A stretch of 64,000 nt of DNA, from assembly GCA_963675755.2 (NCBI GenBank), contig CAXXMD010000002.1, positions 896,001 to 960,000 on the forward strand, in the 5' to 3' direction. The notes below the pieces were generated by a model that was not told the DNA's origin, made no database searches, and saw only the letters and a list, made by a program, of their open reading frames with translations. The position numbers were made by a program, and so were the translations under genes. Shown in pieces: positions 32,375-42,442 of this stretch (its first letter is position 1; every line of letters begins with the position of its first letter). This stretch comes from a bacterium (lineage in GTDB: Bacteria > Zhuqueibacterota > Zhuqueibacteria > Residuimicrobiales > Krinioviventaceae).

Positions 32375-33886
32375 TTGGGAACATTAATTGACATTCTCGA
32401 CTCCACCCGCTCCAAATACTCTGATCAAACCGCCCTGATATTTGGTTCCAACGAATTAAATTATTCATTACTTTTCGAAGCATCCCAACGTCTTGCCAGC
32501 GGATTACAATCATTAGGTATTAAAAAAGGTGATCGCGTCGCATTGTTACTTCCCAATGTCCCTCATTTTTGTATTAGTTATTTTGGTATTCTATCTCTTG
32601 GTGCTATAGTGGTGCCTGTAAACATCATGTATAACAAGGAAGAGATAGAGTTTATTCTTAAAGATTCAGGTGCATCTGCATTAATTACATGGACAGGATT
32701 TCAGGGCCAGGCATTACCTGCTGCCCAGGCATCTCCGGATTGTAAAAACGTATTAATACTGGGCGAAAACATACCCAGCGGTTCTATTGCCTTAACACAG
32801 CTCATTTCCGATTCTCCAATACTTGAAAATATGGCTCCAGTGGAAGATATAGATGTTGCTGTAATTAATTATACATCCGGAATCGCAGATCATCCATTAG
32901 GTGCAGAATTATCTCATAATGCTTTATATTCTAATTCTGTAACCTGTGCAGACATGTTCCGTTTTACTTTAGAAGATACCCTGATAGCTGTACTGCCCCT
33001 ATTTCATCCCTTAGGACAATCTCTAATATTGAACGCCTCTCTCTTTACAGGCGCTTCAATTGTATTGATGCCAAGATACTCACCGGAAGAAATAATTGAT
33101 GCGATTCAAACACATAATGTTACTTTTATGGCAGCAGTACCCGGTATATTTAAAAATTTAGTTGAAAGTGATACTGATGAAAAATTACCATCTTTAAAAT
33201 ATTGCATGAGTTACGGTGGAAAACTACCAGCTGAAATTATTGAACAATTTGAAGAAAAATATCATTCTTTTATTTTACAGGCATATGGATTAACTGAAGC
33301 AGGCCCCCTTGTTACTTCTACCCGTCTGGACCATGACAGAAAAACCGGTTCAGTAGGGTTACCTCTGGTTGGTGTTGATGTACAGATTCGCAATGATGAA
33401 GGAGAACAACTTCGTCCATTTCAAAGCGGTGAGATCTGGATAAACAGCCCAAGCAACATGAATAGATATTATAACAATGAAGTAGAAACAGCAAAAAAAC
33501 TTAAAAATGATTGGTTATTCACTGGTGATATTGGCTACCTGGATGACGATTATTATCTATTTATTCAAGAAAGAAAAGAAAACATTATCATAAAAGGTGG
33601 ATTTCAAATCCAACCACAAGAAGTAGAAAAAATATTATTGGAACATGCAAGAGTAATTGAAGTTGCAGTAGTAGGTGTACCAGATAATGTACAGGGTTCA
33701 GAGGTTAAAGCATTCATTGTAGTTAATGACGGAGAACCAGTTTCACCTGAAGAATTAATTGCTTTTTGCAGGGAATCATTACCTGTTTACAAAACGCCCA
33801 AATATGTAGAATTCATAAATGAATTACCTAAAAGCCCAACGGGAAGGGTTTTAAAGCGGTTGTTAAAAAAACAACCGATCAAATAA
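32375..33886 (+). CDS. long-chain acyl-CoA ligase-like adenylate-forming protein (atypical motifs)
   Basis: GDRVALLLPN, LPLFH, YGLTE, TGDIG; TTG start after GAGG. Confidence 0.8.
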   Translation: MGTLIDILDSTRSKYSDQTALIFGSNELNYSLLFEASQRLASGLQSLGIKKGDRVALLLPNVPHFCISYFGILSLGAIVVPVNIMYNKEEIEFILKDSGASALITWTGFQGQALPAAQASPDCKNVLILGENIPSGSIALTQLISDSPILENMAPVEDIDVAVINYTSGIADHPLGAELSHNALYSNSVTCADMFRFTLEDTLIAVLPLFHPLGQSLILNASLFTGASIVLMPRYSPEEIIDAIQTHNVTFMAAVPGIFKNLVESDTDEKLPSLKYCMSYGGKLPAEIIEQFEEKYHSFILQAYGLTEAGPLVTSTRLDHDRKTGSVGLPLVGVDVQIRNDEGEQLRPFQSGEIWINSPSNMNRYYNNEVETAKKLKNDWLFTGDIGYLDDDYYLFIQERKENIIIKGGFQIQPQEVEKILLEHARVIEVAVVGVPDNVQGSEVKAFIVVNDGEPVSPEELIAFCRESLPVYKTPKYVEFINELPKSPTGRVLKRLLKKQPIK

Positions 33887-33942
33887 GAGGAAAAGAAAAT
33901 AATTGTTTTTTAATTTAAAGGCTTGAAAATAGGAGGACAACT

Positions 33943-36018
33943 GTGAAAGATTATAGTCCTAACGAAATTCGTAACATAGGATTGGTATCGCATCAATCTG
34001 TAGGTAAAACTTCATTGGCCGAGGCTTTACTGTTTTCCGCCGGTGAAACCAATAGATTAGGAACAATCGATGATGGAACAACATTATCCGATTATCGTAC
34101 AGATGAAATTGAAAGAAAAATATCAATTAATACATCCGTTTTACATTTAGAATGGAAAAAAAGCAAGATCAATGTTATTGACTTGCCAGGTTATCTTGAT
34201 TTTGTTGGTGAAGTAAAATGTGGTCTAAGAGTTACTGACCTTGCTGTTGTTTTATTAAATGCACAATCAGGTGTTGAAGTAGGTACTGAAATTGCATGGG
34301 AAGTTTTAGAAGAATACAAAACCCCAAGACTCTTTTTTATTAATGAATTAGATAAAGAACATGCCAATTTTGATAATGCCGTAGCAATGGCACAAGAAGC
34401 CTATGAAAATGGCGTTACTGTTGTTCAATTTCCTGTAAACCAGGGTTTAGATTTTAATGCTATTGTTGATGTATTGAAAATGAAAATGTATACATTCAAT
34501 GATAATTCGGGCAAGTTTACCCAGGGCGATATTCCTGCCGATCTGCAATCAAGAGCAGAAGAATTGCGCAACGAATTGATTGAAAAAATTGCAGAAAGTG
34601 ATGATGAACTGCTTGAAAAATATTTCGAAGCAGGTGAATTAACCGATGAAGAAATTGTCAAAGGTCTAAAAGTTGGTATGTTGAATTGCAATGTGTTCCC
34701 TGTTCTTTGTGGATCAGCATTACTGAATTATGGTCCTGCAGCATTACTGGACTTTATAAGTGAATACGGTCCCTCCCCTGTTGACCGTCCTTCTGAAATT
34801 GCAACAGACAAAGATGGTAATGAAATTGAAGTAAAACCAGATCCATCTGAACCATTCTCTGCTCTTGTATTTAAAACCATGTCAGAAATGCATGTTGGTG
34901 AATTATCCCTCATCAAAGTAATGTCAGGTTCAATTAAATCAGGTGATGAAATTCTCAATGCTACAAAAAATTCGTCTGAAAAAATTGGTCAGATTTACTT
35001 GTTGAACGGTAAAAATCGTACAGAAACTGCCGTACTGGGTACCGGTGATATTGGTGCACTGGTTAAGCTCAAGGACACACATACAGGCAACTCATTAACT
35101 GATAAAAAACATGCATTTAACTTTTCACCGGTTATCTTCCATGAACCAGTAGTTGAAATTGCCGTTTCACCGAAAAACAAAGGTGATGAAGAAAAGATTT
35201 CAACAGGTCTTCACACATTACATGAAATTGACCCCAGTTTTACAATCAAAATAGACCCCGAATTGAAACAAACTGTTGTATCCGGCCAGGGTGAAATGCA
35301 CCTTACCATTATCATCCAACGTTTGAAAGAACGTTATGGTGTTGAAGTGGAACAAAAGAAACCCAAGATTCCCTATCGTGAAACTATTACTGCCAAAGCA
35401 GATGAAAAATACAGACATAAAAAACAATCAGGTGGTGCCGGTCAGTTTGCCGAAGTCTGGATGCGTATCGAACCCCAACCTCGTGGTGCTGGTTATGAAT
35501 TTGCCAGTGAAGTTGTAGGTGGCGCTATTTCATCTAGTTTTATTCCGGCAATCGATAAAGGTATTCAACAAGTACTCGTTGGTGGTGCTGTTGCTGGTTA
35601 CAAAGTTGTAGACGTTAAAGCAATCGTTTATGATGGTAAAGAGCACCCTGTAGATTCTAAAGAAATTGCGTTCCAAATTGCTGGACGTGAAGTTTTCAAA
35701 ATGGCAATTAAAAATGCAAAACCAATTCTGCTTGAACCCATTTACGACGTTGAAGTAAAATGTCCTGAAGAATATATGGGTGATGTTATGGGCGATATGT
35801 CAAGCCGCCGTGGTAAAATCCAGGGTATGGATGCAGCAGGTCGTTTCCAGGTAGTTAAAGCCAAGGTACCTTTGGCCGAATTACACAGCTATTCTACAAC
35901 CCTGCGTTCAATTACTCAGGGTCGTGCAACATTTACACGTACTTTTTCTCATTATGACCCCATGCCAAAAGAAGTTGAAGCAAAGGTCATTGCAGAATCT
36001 AAAGCAGAAGAAGAATAA
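33943..36018 (+). CDS. fusA: elongation factor G paralog (EF-G2 type)
   Basis: RNIGL.SH..VGKTS, ERKISI, DLPGYLDF, GQGEMHL, YRETI, KKQSGG.GQF, LLEPI. Confidence 0.9.
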   Translation: MKDYSPNEIRNIGLVSHQSVGKTSLAEALLFSAGETNRLGTIDDGTTLSDYRTDEIERKISINTSVLHLEWKKSKINVIDLPGYLDFVGEVKCGLRVTDLAVVLLNAQSGVEVGTEIAWEVLEEYKTPRLFFINELDKEHANFDNAVAMAQEAYENGVTVVQFPVNQGLDFNAIVDVLKMKMYTFNDNSGKFTQGDIPADLQSRAEELRNELIEKIAESDDELLEKYFEAGELTDEEIVKGLKVGMLNCNVFPVLCGSALLNYGPAALLDFISEYGPSPVDRPSEIATDKDGNEIEVKPDPSEPFSALVFKTMSEMHVGELSLIKVMSGSIKSGDEILNATKNSSEKIGQIYLLNGKNRTETAVLGTGDIGALVKLKDTHTGNSLTDKKHAFNFSPVIFHEPVVEIAVSPKNKGDEEKISTGLHTLHEIDPSFTIKIDPELKQTVVSGQGEMHLTIIIQRLKERYGVEVEQKKPKIPYRETITAKADEKYRHKKQSGGAGQFAEVWMRIEPQPRGAGYEFASEVVGGAISSSFIPAIDKGIQQVLVGGAVAGYKVVDVKAIVYDGKEHPVDSKEIAFQIAGREVFKMAIKNAKPILLEPIYDVEVKCPEEYMGDVMGDMSSRRGKIQGMDAAGRFQVVKAKVPLAELHSYSTTLRSITQGRATFTRTFSHYDPMPKEVEAKVIAESKAEEE

Positions 36019-36024
36019 ATTTTC

Positions 36025-36053
36025 AAGGCACGGTCATTTGGCCGTGCCTTTTT
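36025..36053 (+). terminator. intrinsic terminator after fusA
   Basis: AAGGCACGGTC-attt-GGCCGTGCCTT followed by a T-run. Confidence 0.8.
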
Positions 36054-36075
36054 CAGTTAAACAACAAGGTGTGAA

Positions 36076-36561
36076 ATGAAAAAAATGTGGGCCCCGTGGA
36101 GAATTGAATACATTTTATCTCCTAAACCCAGTGGTTGTATTTTTTGCGATAAGCCAAAAGAATCTAAAGATGATGAAAATTTCATCCTCTATCGAGGAAA
36201 GCATTCATTTATTATAATGAATTATTATCCCTATAATAATGGGCATTTAATGGTTGTTCCGTACAGACATTTATCTGACATCACATTATTAAATGATGAG
36301 AAGAATAAAGAAATCTCATCATTAATACAAACTTCAGTTTCAATCATCAGAAAAACCATGAACGCAGAAGGTTTTAATATTGGAATGAATTTAGGTAAAA
36401 CAGCAGGTGCTGGTATAGACGAACACATACACTATCACATTGTACCACGTTGGAATGGTGACACTAATTTTATGCCGGTTGCAGGTAATAGCAAAGTTAT
36501 ATCTCAGGGTCTGTATGAAACATGGGAAACCCTGCTCCCCCACTATCAGGATCTCAAATAA
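36076..36561 (+). CDS. HIT family hydrolase (Ap4A phosphorylase/FHIT-like)
   Basis: WAPWR, CIFC, YPYNNGHLMV, AGAGIDEHIHYHIVPRW.GD.NF. Confidence 0.9.
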   Translation: MKKMWAPWRIEYILSPKPSGCIFCDKPKESKDDENFILYRGKHSFIIMNYYPYNNGHLMVVPYRHLSDITLLNDEKNKEISSLIQTSVSIIRKTMNAEGFNIGMNLGKTAGAGIDEHIHYHIVPRWNGDTNFMPVAGNSKVISQGLYETWETLLPHYQDLK

Positions 36562-36563
36562 AT

Positions 36564-37343
36564 CTAATTTTCTTCTTTTTTCACCTTGTCCCAAACTGCA
36601 TCCATTTCTTCTAATGTGGAATCAGTCAAGGCAACACCACGCTCTTTAAAATCCGCTTCAACCTTTCGGAAACGATTATCAAATTTATTTATTGCACGTC
36701 TCAATGCATCTTCAGGATTTACTTTGAGAAAACGCGAAACATTTACAATACTGAACAACATATCGCCCAATTCATCTTCAATTCTATCTTTATCGCCTTC
36801 TTCTACAACTTCTTCCAGCTCTTTAATTTCTTCGGCTACTTTACTCCAAACAGGTTCTATGGATTGCCAGTCAAACCCAACAGCGGCTGCTTTATTTTGA
36901 ATACGATAAGCACGTACAAGTGCAGGTAATTGATTTGGAACGCCATCTATTGCAGACTTTTTACCCTCTTTTTTAACTTTTGTTTGCTCCCACAATGAAA
37001 CCTGCTCGTCGGCAGATTCAACTACTTCATCACCAAATATATGTGGATGTCTGCGTATCAGTTTCTCATTGATATTTTCAATTACATCGTAAATATTAAA
37101 ACGTTTCGCTTCATCTGCAATTTGAGCATGAAATATAACTTGGAGTAACAAATCTCCCAGTTCAGCAGGAAGATCATCATACTTTTCATCATCAATGGTT
37201 TCAATCACTTCATATGCTTCTTCTAAAAGATGTTGACGAATGGATTTATGGTCCTGTTCACGGTCCCAGGGACAGCCATTATCACTCCGCAATAACGCCA
37301 TAATCTCAACCAGTCTCTCAAATGATCTTTCATTTTTATCCAA
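36564..37343 (-). CDS. mazG: nucleoside triphosphate pyrophosphohydrolase
   Basis: GCPWDREQ, EEAYEV, ELGDLLLQ, RRHPHIF, ELGDMLF (tandem MazG domains). Confidence 0.95.
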   Translation of the reverse strand: MDKNERSFERLVEIMALLRSDNGCPWDREQDHKSIRQHLLEEAYEVIETIDDEKYDDLPAELGDLLLQVIFHAQIADEAKRFNIYDVIENINEKLIRRHPHIFGDEVVESADEQVSLWEQTKVKKEGKKSAIDGVPNQLPALVRAYRIQNKAAAVGFDWQSIEPVWSKVAEEIKELEEVVEEGDKDRIEDELGDMLFSIVNVSRFLKVNPEDALRRAINKFDNRFRKVEADFKERGVALTDSTLEEMDAVWDKVKKEEN

Positions 37344-37429
37344 AAGTATCTCCTTTTATAACACAAGAATTCATCATATTTCACATTAATCATATGTAAT
37401 AATATAAGAAAAAGCATTGTTAAAATCAC

Positions 37430-37484
37430 TTGATTATTGTGTGGGATTTATTTAAGTTAATTTAGTAAAATTTTACGGAACTTG
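37430..37484 (+). promoter_or_regulatory. putative promoter/regulatory element, copy A
   Basis: TTGATT-N17-TAAGTT then TACGGAACTTGT; shares two 12-mers and an inverted 13-mer with 41602-41667. Confidence 0.45.
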
Positions 37485-37533
37485 TTATTTATATTGTATT
37501 TTAATAAATAGACAAGTATTACAATCAAAAAAG

Positions 37534-37800
37534 GTGAATATGTTAAATATCAACAAACCCAGAAGGTTCAATTATAATCCAAGGTTTTACAATCCAGAGC
37601 TTGAAGAGGGTGAACAAAAACGTATTCAATTTAAAAGGATACGCAAAACAGATAGACCAACAGGAATGTCAACATTACGATTGGTTATCTTGTTACTTGT
37701 TGTACTTGCGTTAGGCATTTTTCTACAGCGACAAATGCCTTCATCATTTTCGCCTAAAGATTCAACAATTATTATTGAAGAACTTGAAATTGTAAATTAA
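37534..37800 (+). CDS. small single-TM hypothetical protein
   Basis: KPRRFNYNPRFYNPE followed by one hydrophobic helix. Confidence 0.6.
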   Translation: MNMLNINKPRRFNYNPRFYNPELEEGEQKRIQFKRIRKTDRPTGMSTLRLVILLLVVLALGIFLQRQMPSSFSPKDSTIIIEELEIVN

Positions 37801-37832
37801 GGTTTTTATTAAAAAAGATAGATAAATAGATT

Positions 37833-39311
37833 TTGATCAGATTGTTAAAAAATATCAGCAGACGGATTGTTTCTTCTTATTTTAAATTGAAATGGAGATT
37901 TGCATCCCTTCGTATCCGTCAAAAACTGATTATTATCCTGGGCTTGTTATTTATTGGCTTGTTCAGCATATTAAGTTTTGTAATTATTCAAAAAGGCCAA
38001 CAAATTCTAAGCACCAGGCTTGCACAAACCTGTGATCTTTCTTTGAGACATATATCCCAGGTTATAAAAGACGACTTTATTCTTTATTATACACCCGATG
38101 TTGATGGAAATGTAAATTCAGAACAATTGGGACATATACGGGAAGCTATTTTCAATCTGGCCAATGAAGAAATTGAAGGTATGAATTATGCCTGCGTTAT
38201 CGATCGTGAAGGGTATTTCATTGCAGCGGTAGATTCAAGTGGCAGAGATTTAAGAAACCGAAGAATCAGTAAAAGAGACAGCGTTCTATTTAGCAATTTG
38301 CAGGAAAAACTCATTCGCGAAAAAGATGGTATTATTGAGTATGTCCACCCTATTCTTGCCAAAGGCAACTCTGACAAACCCATATATCTGGGAGTTGCGG
38401 TATTGGGATTTTACAAAGATAGTATAATGAGGCCAATAAACCAGGCAACCCGAACAATTGTTTTATTCTCTATTGCTATCATTTTCCTGTCAGTTTTTTC
38501 CATATCTTTTGTTGCACAACGTATGACCCGACAAATTGATGCATTGGTTACCGGTGTTAGAAAAATATCCAACGGCAAGCTGGATGTAGAGATTCCCCTA
38601 TTATCGAATGATGAATTGGGACAACTTGCCCAGGAGTTTAACAAGATGACCCGTCATTTGAGAGAAAAACTGCAAATGCAGAAATTTGTTTCTCAATTAA
38701 CCATGCAAAAAATTAAAAATGGCGAATTGAAAAACCTGCCACCCGAAGGTGAAAATAGAAGAGTTACAGTATTATTTACAGATGTCAGAAATTTCACCAT
38801 GCTGACTGAAAGACTGGGTCCGAAAGAAATTGTTAAATTGATAAATATATATCATGATTTACAGGCAAGTATTGTTGAAGAAAACAATGGATATATCGAC
38901 AAGTTTTATGGCGATCAGATAATGGCTATTTTTATCGGCAAAACGCAAACAATGGATGCAATCCATTCTGCTGTAGAAATACAAAAATCCATAAAAATGC
39001 TCAATAAACGCCGTGCAGCTGCAGGCAAAGTTACATTTTATATGGGATGCGGGGTAAATACAGGCAATGCAATTCTGGGTAAAATGGGTTCAAAATCCAG
39101 ACTTGATTTTACTGTAATTGGGGATGTAGTAAATGTTGCCGCTCGTCTTTGTTCCATTGCAAAATCAGGACAAATACTCGCACCGGTACATATTACACCT
39201 TTAATAAACAATGATTATCCCACTGTTGAATTGGCACCGGTTAAAGTTAAAGGTAAAAAAGATCCTATATCCATAGTTGAAATTGGATATGAACAGGTTC
39301 TGATCATGTAG
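37833..39311 (+). CDS. membrane class III adenylate cyclase (2TM-periplasmic-HAMP-CHD)
   Basis: VLFTDVRNFT, DKFYGD, DFTVIGDVVNVAARL; Lys and Thr specificity residues point to ATP. Confidence 0.9.
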   Translation: MIRLLKNISRRIVSSYFKLKWRFASLRIRQKLIIILGLLFIGLFSILSFVIIQKGQQILSTRLAQTCDLSLRHISQVIKDDFILYYTPDVDGNVNSEQLGHIREAIFNLANEEIEGMNYACVIDREGYFIAAVDSSGRDLRNRRISKRDSVLFSNLQEKLIREKDGIIEYVHPILAKGNSDKPIYLGVAVLGFYKDSIMRPINQATRTIVLFSIAIIFLSVFSISFVAQRMTRQIDALVTGVRKISNGKLDVEIPLLSNDELGQLAQEFNKMTRHLREKLQMQKFVSQLTMQKIKNGELKNLPPEGENRRVTVLFTDVRNFTMLTERLGPKEIVKLINIYHDLQASIVEENNGYIDKFYGDQIMAIFIGKTQTMDAIHSAVEIQKSIKMLNKRRAAAGKVTFYMGCGVNTGNAILGKMGSKSRLDFTVIGDVVNVAARLCSIAKSGQILAPVHITPLINNDYPTVELAPVKVKGKKDPISIVEIGYEQVLIM

Positions 39312-39337
39312 AAAGGCTTCTTTTTTTAATTAATAGC

Positions 39338-41596
39338 ATGAATAAAAATCATATATTAATCTATTCCATATTATTCTTTTTTAATGGGGTTTTTGCTCAA
39401 TCCAGTATTTTGCATTTTTCTCCTGGCGCCAAATCTATCAATTTGGGTAGATCAGGTGTTGTTGAAGTATATGATCCAACCGCATTATATTGGAATCCTG
39501 CAATTTTGGGTTATTTAAAGCAGCAGCAGACTATAGTATCTATAAATGATCCTTATCACTTGACATATACAGGATATTCTCAATTTTATCCCATGCTTGG
39601 TACCGTTTCAGCAAGTATTGCGCATACTCAAAAAGATATATCCGGTACTGAATTGTACAGTCTGGGTTGGGGTAAACAAATCAGTAAATTTGTTTATACC
39701 GGTATTGGTATCAATAATGCAATTACAGAGACTGAAAATTGGGTATCTTTTGGAGCTGGTATATATATTAGAGCGGATAATAATCCCAATTCAATTTATA
39801 AAACATTTGCCCCTCTTTCATTTCTTAATTATCCGGCATTCCGGGATCGTTTAACTTTTGGGCTGAGTGTGCAGCATGTACCTTTAACTGAACAGCAGCA
39901 TTCCCATCAAACTCGCGTAGGTGCGTCTTACAGACTTACTCCAGATGGATTTACAATCATGTTTGCATACCACATGCAAAGTATTGAAAATTCTTCTCAT
40001 TTGAGTTTCATCCTCCCCATCCAAAAAAATATTAAATTTATTGCCGGCATAATGGATTACCAATTTAACCAGACTGCACTGGGTGCAGAAATTAATATGA
40101 AGAGTTTTGATTTGCAATTATCCTATGACTATGATTCCAAACGCATTGTTTTTTCGACAGCTATACCAGTTGGTACTTCATATATTAAACGGTCAGAAGA
40201 AGAGCATGATCTGGCTAAAAAAGCCATTGAAAACCAATTACCTCATGAAGCATTATATTATACAAAACGTGCACTTGATCTAAATCCTGACAATACTAGG
40301 GCAGAAAAATATTTTCAAACTCTATCACCTTTAATTGTACAAAACGCAATCAAAGCCCAAAAGACACTCAAAACCGCTCTGGAATTAGAAAAAAATGAAT
40401 GGTATATCAGTGCAGCCATGCATTATATGCGAGTATTGAAATTAGAGCCAGATAACAAACAAGCTCAAGATGCATTAGAAAGGATTCGTCCCAAAGTTAA
40501 CGTTCATACTGAACGCAGATTTCAATTGGGAGTAGCAACTTTTGAAAAGAATGAATTACTCAAAGCAAAAGAAATATTTGAATCCATTCTTCTTGTAAGA
40601 CCAGATCACCAAAAGTCAGAACAATATCTTGCAGATACAAACGCTCGTTTATACAAGCAAGCAGAAAATCATTTTTTTGCTGGTTTGGGGTATTACAGTC
40701 AGAAAAAATATGATCTTGCAGATAATGAGTTTAAAAACGCCCTCTTGTATTATCCGGCTTATAGTGATGCCAGTGAATATATTGAAAGAATAGAACGCGA
40801 CAAGGCAAACAACATTAAACGTATAGATGAATTATTACAAGAATCACAAAATCTGGAAGTTCGCAAACTCTGGCTTCAAGCCAAAGAACGTTACAAACAG
40901 ATTCTGGAAATCGATAACAATAATCAGATAGCATTGGATAAAATCAGCTTTATAAATCAAAAGATTAATCAAATTATAAATCAATATATTCGTAATGGTA
41001 AAAATCAGTTTAATCAGGGTAATTATACATCGGCAAAAACAATATTTAACAACATCCTCAAACTGGATTCAAATAATACCACAGCCAGGCAATATTTAAA
41101 TTCAATTGATGATAAAACAAGCGGCAAGACTATTGCATTTATTGACAGAGCCCAAATACATATAGATAGTGAAAACTATACACTGGCACTTGCCGTTCTT
41201 GACAGCGCACTAGCAGAAAATCCTGATTTTTCAACAGCTGTCAATATGCGTAAAGAAGTCATTAACCATATGGATACCCGTCAAATGCTTAGCAATGCGT
41301 TGCGCGAGTATCAAAACCAGAATTATCTCGAGTCAATGGAAATCTGCAACCAGATACTAATCAAAGATCCTGAAAATATTCAAGCATTACGCTACCTTGA
41401 ACAATGTCAGAGAAAACTGAACGAACAGGTTGATGATTATTTTAACAAGGGTCTGGAAATGTATACAAAGGAAAATTATCGTACAGCAATACTCATGTGG
41501 GACAAGGCACTTGAAATAAATCCCTACCACCGTGGATCGCTCGAATACAGAAAAAGAGCCATTGACCGGTTAAAAGCAATCGAACAACTCCAATAA
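39338..41596 (+). CDS. PorV/FadL-like N-terminal barrel fused to a long TPR array
   Basis: Signal peptide, GAKSINLG...DPTALYWNPAILG, then many TPR repeats (AL.L.P.N..A pattern). Confidence 0.7.
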   Translation: MNKNHILIYSILFFFNGVFAQSSILHFSPGAKSINLGRSGVVEVYDPTALYWNPAILGYLKQQQTIVSINDPYHLTYTGYSQFYPMLGTVSASIAHTQKDISGTELYSLGWGKQISKFVYTGIGINNAITETENWVSFGAGIYIRADNNPNSIYKTFAPLSFLNYPAFRDRLTFGLSVQHVPLTEQQHSHQTRVGASYRLTPDGFTIMFAYHMQSIENSSHLSFILPIQKNIKFIAGIMDYQFNQTALGAEINMKSFDLQLSYDYDSKRIVFSTAIPVGTSYIKRSEEEHDLAKKAIENQLPHEALYYTKRALDLNPDNTRAEKYFQTLSPLIVQNAIKAQKTLKTALELEKNEWYISAAMHYMRVLKLEPDNKQAQDALERIRPKVNVHTERRFQLGVATFEKNELLKAKEIFESILLVRPDHQKSEQYLADTNARLYKQAENHFFAGLGYYSQKKYDLADNEFKNALLYYPAYSDASEYIERIERDKANNIKRIDELLQESQNLEVRKLWLQAKERYKQILEIDNNNQIALDKISFINQKINQIINQYIRNGKNQFNQGNYTSAKTIFNNILKLDSNNTTARQYLNSIDDKTSGKTIAFIDRAQIHIDSENYTLALAVLDSALAENPDFSTAVNMRKEVINHMDTRQMLSNALREYQNQNYLESMEICNQILIKDPENIQALRYLEQCQRKLNEQVDDYFNKGLEMYTKENYRTAILMWDKALEINPYHRGSLEYRKRAIDRLKAIEQLQ

Positions 41597-41601
41597 AAAA
41601 C

Positions 41602-41667
41602 AATAAATCCCACATAGCTATTGATTATTGTGATTTCTCTTATTAATTTAAAAACTACGGAACTTGT
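41602..41667 (+). promoter_or_regulatory. putative promoter/regulatory element, copy B (upstream of cobB)
   Basis: AATAAATCCCACA, TTGATT-N17-TAATTT, TACGGAACTTGT. Confidence 0.45.
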
Positions 41668-41689
41668 AAGCATTTTAGCCATTTAAAGA

Positions 41690-42442
41690 ATGAGTTATAT
41701 TGATTCAAAATTTTTGGAACAGATTTCTAATGCCCAAAACATTGTAGTTCTAACAGGAGCAGGCATTAGTGCGGAAAGTGGGGTTCCCACTTTTCGAGGT
41801 AAAGAAGGTCTTTGGAAAAACATTGATCCTATCAAGCTTGCCAGCCAGGAAGCTTTTATACAGAATCCGGAATTGGTTTGGGAATGGTATGAATACCGAA
41901 AATCAATCATTAATTCAGTGTCACCTAATCCCGGGCATTACGCACTTTGTGAATTAGAGTCACTGTATAATTCATTCACCCTATGTACTCAAAATGTGGA
42001 TGGTTTACATCAAATGGCTGGAAGTAAAAATGTGCTTGAATTACATGGAAATATCCATAAAAGTCGTTGCAACCGCTGTTATCAAAAATATGACAATATA
42101 CACTATTCTAAAACTGCAGAGCTGCCCAAATGCACATGTGGCGCTTTACTAAGACCAAGCGTTGTTTGGTTCGGTGAAAACCTGCAAAAAGATGTAATTG
42201 AGGCATCTTTTAAAGCAGCAGAATCAGCAAATGTATTTATTGTTGCAGGAACTTCATCTATTGTTTATCCTGCAGCCATGCTTCCACAAGAGGCTGGTAA
42301 AAATGGTGCATTGTTAATTGAAATCAACATGACTGAAACACCTCTTACTCCACTTGTTGACCAATTTATGTCAGGTAAAACAGGTGAAATATTGCCAGAG
42401 TTGCTAAAGTCAATACATACATTGAGGAAAGTCAATGCTTGA
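41690..42442 (+). CDS. cobB: NAD-dependent protein deacylase (class III sirtuin)
   Basis: GAGISAESGVPTFRG, WEWY..R, TQNVDGLH, HGNI, Zn-binding Cys pairs, GTS..VYPAA. Confidence 0.93.
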   Translation: MSYIDSKFLEQISNAQNIVVLTGAGISAESGVPTFRGKEGLWKNIDPIKLASQEAFIQNPELVWEWYEYRKSIINSVSPNPGHYALCELESLYNSFTLCTQNVDGLHQMAGSKNVLELHGNIHKSRCNRCYQKYDNIHYSKTAELPKCTCGALLRPSVVWFGENLQKDVIEASFKAAESANVFIVAGTSSIVYPAAMLPQEAGKNGALLIEINMTETPLTPLVDQFMSGKTGEILPELLKSIHTLRKVNA

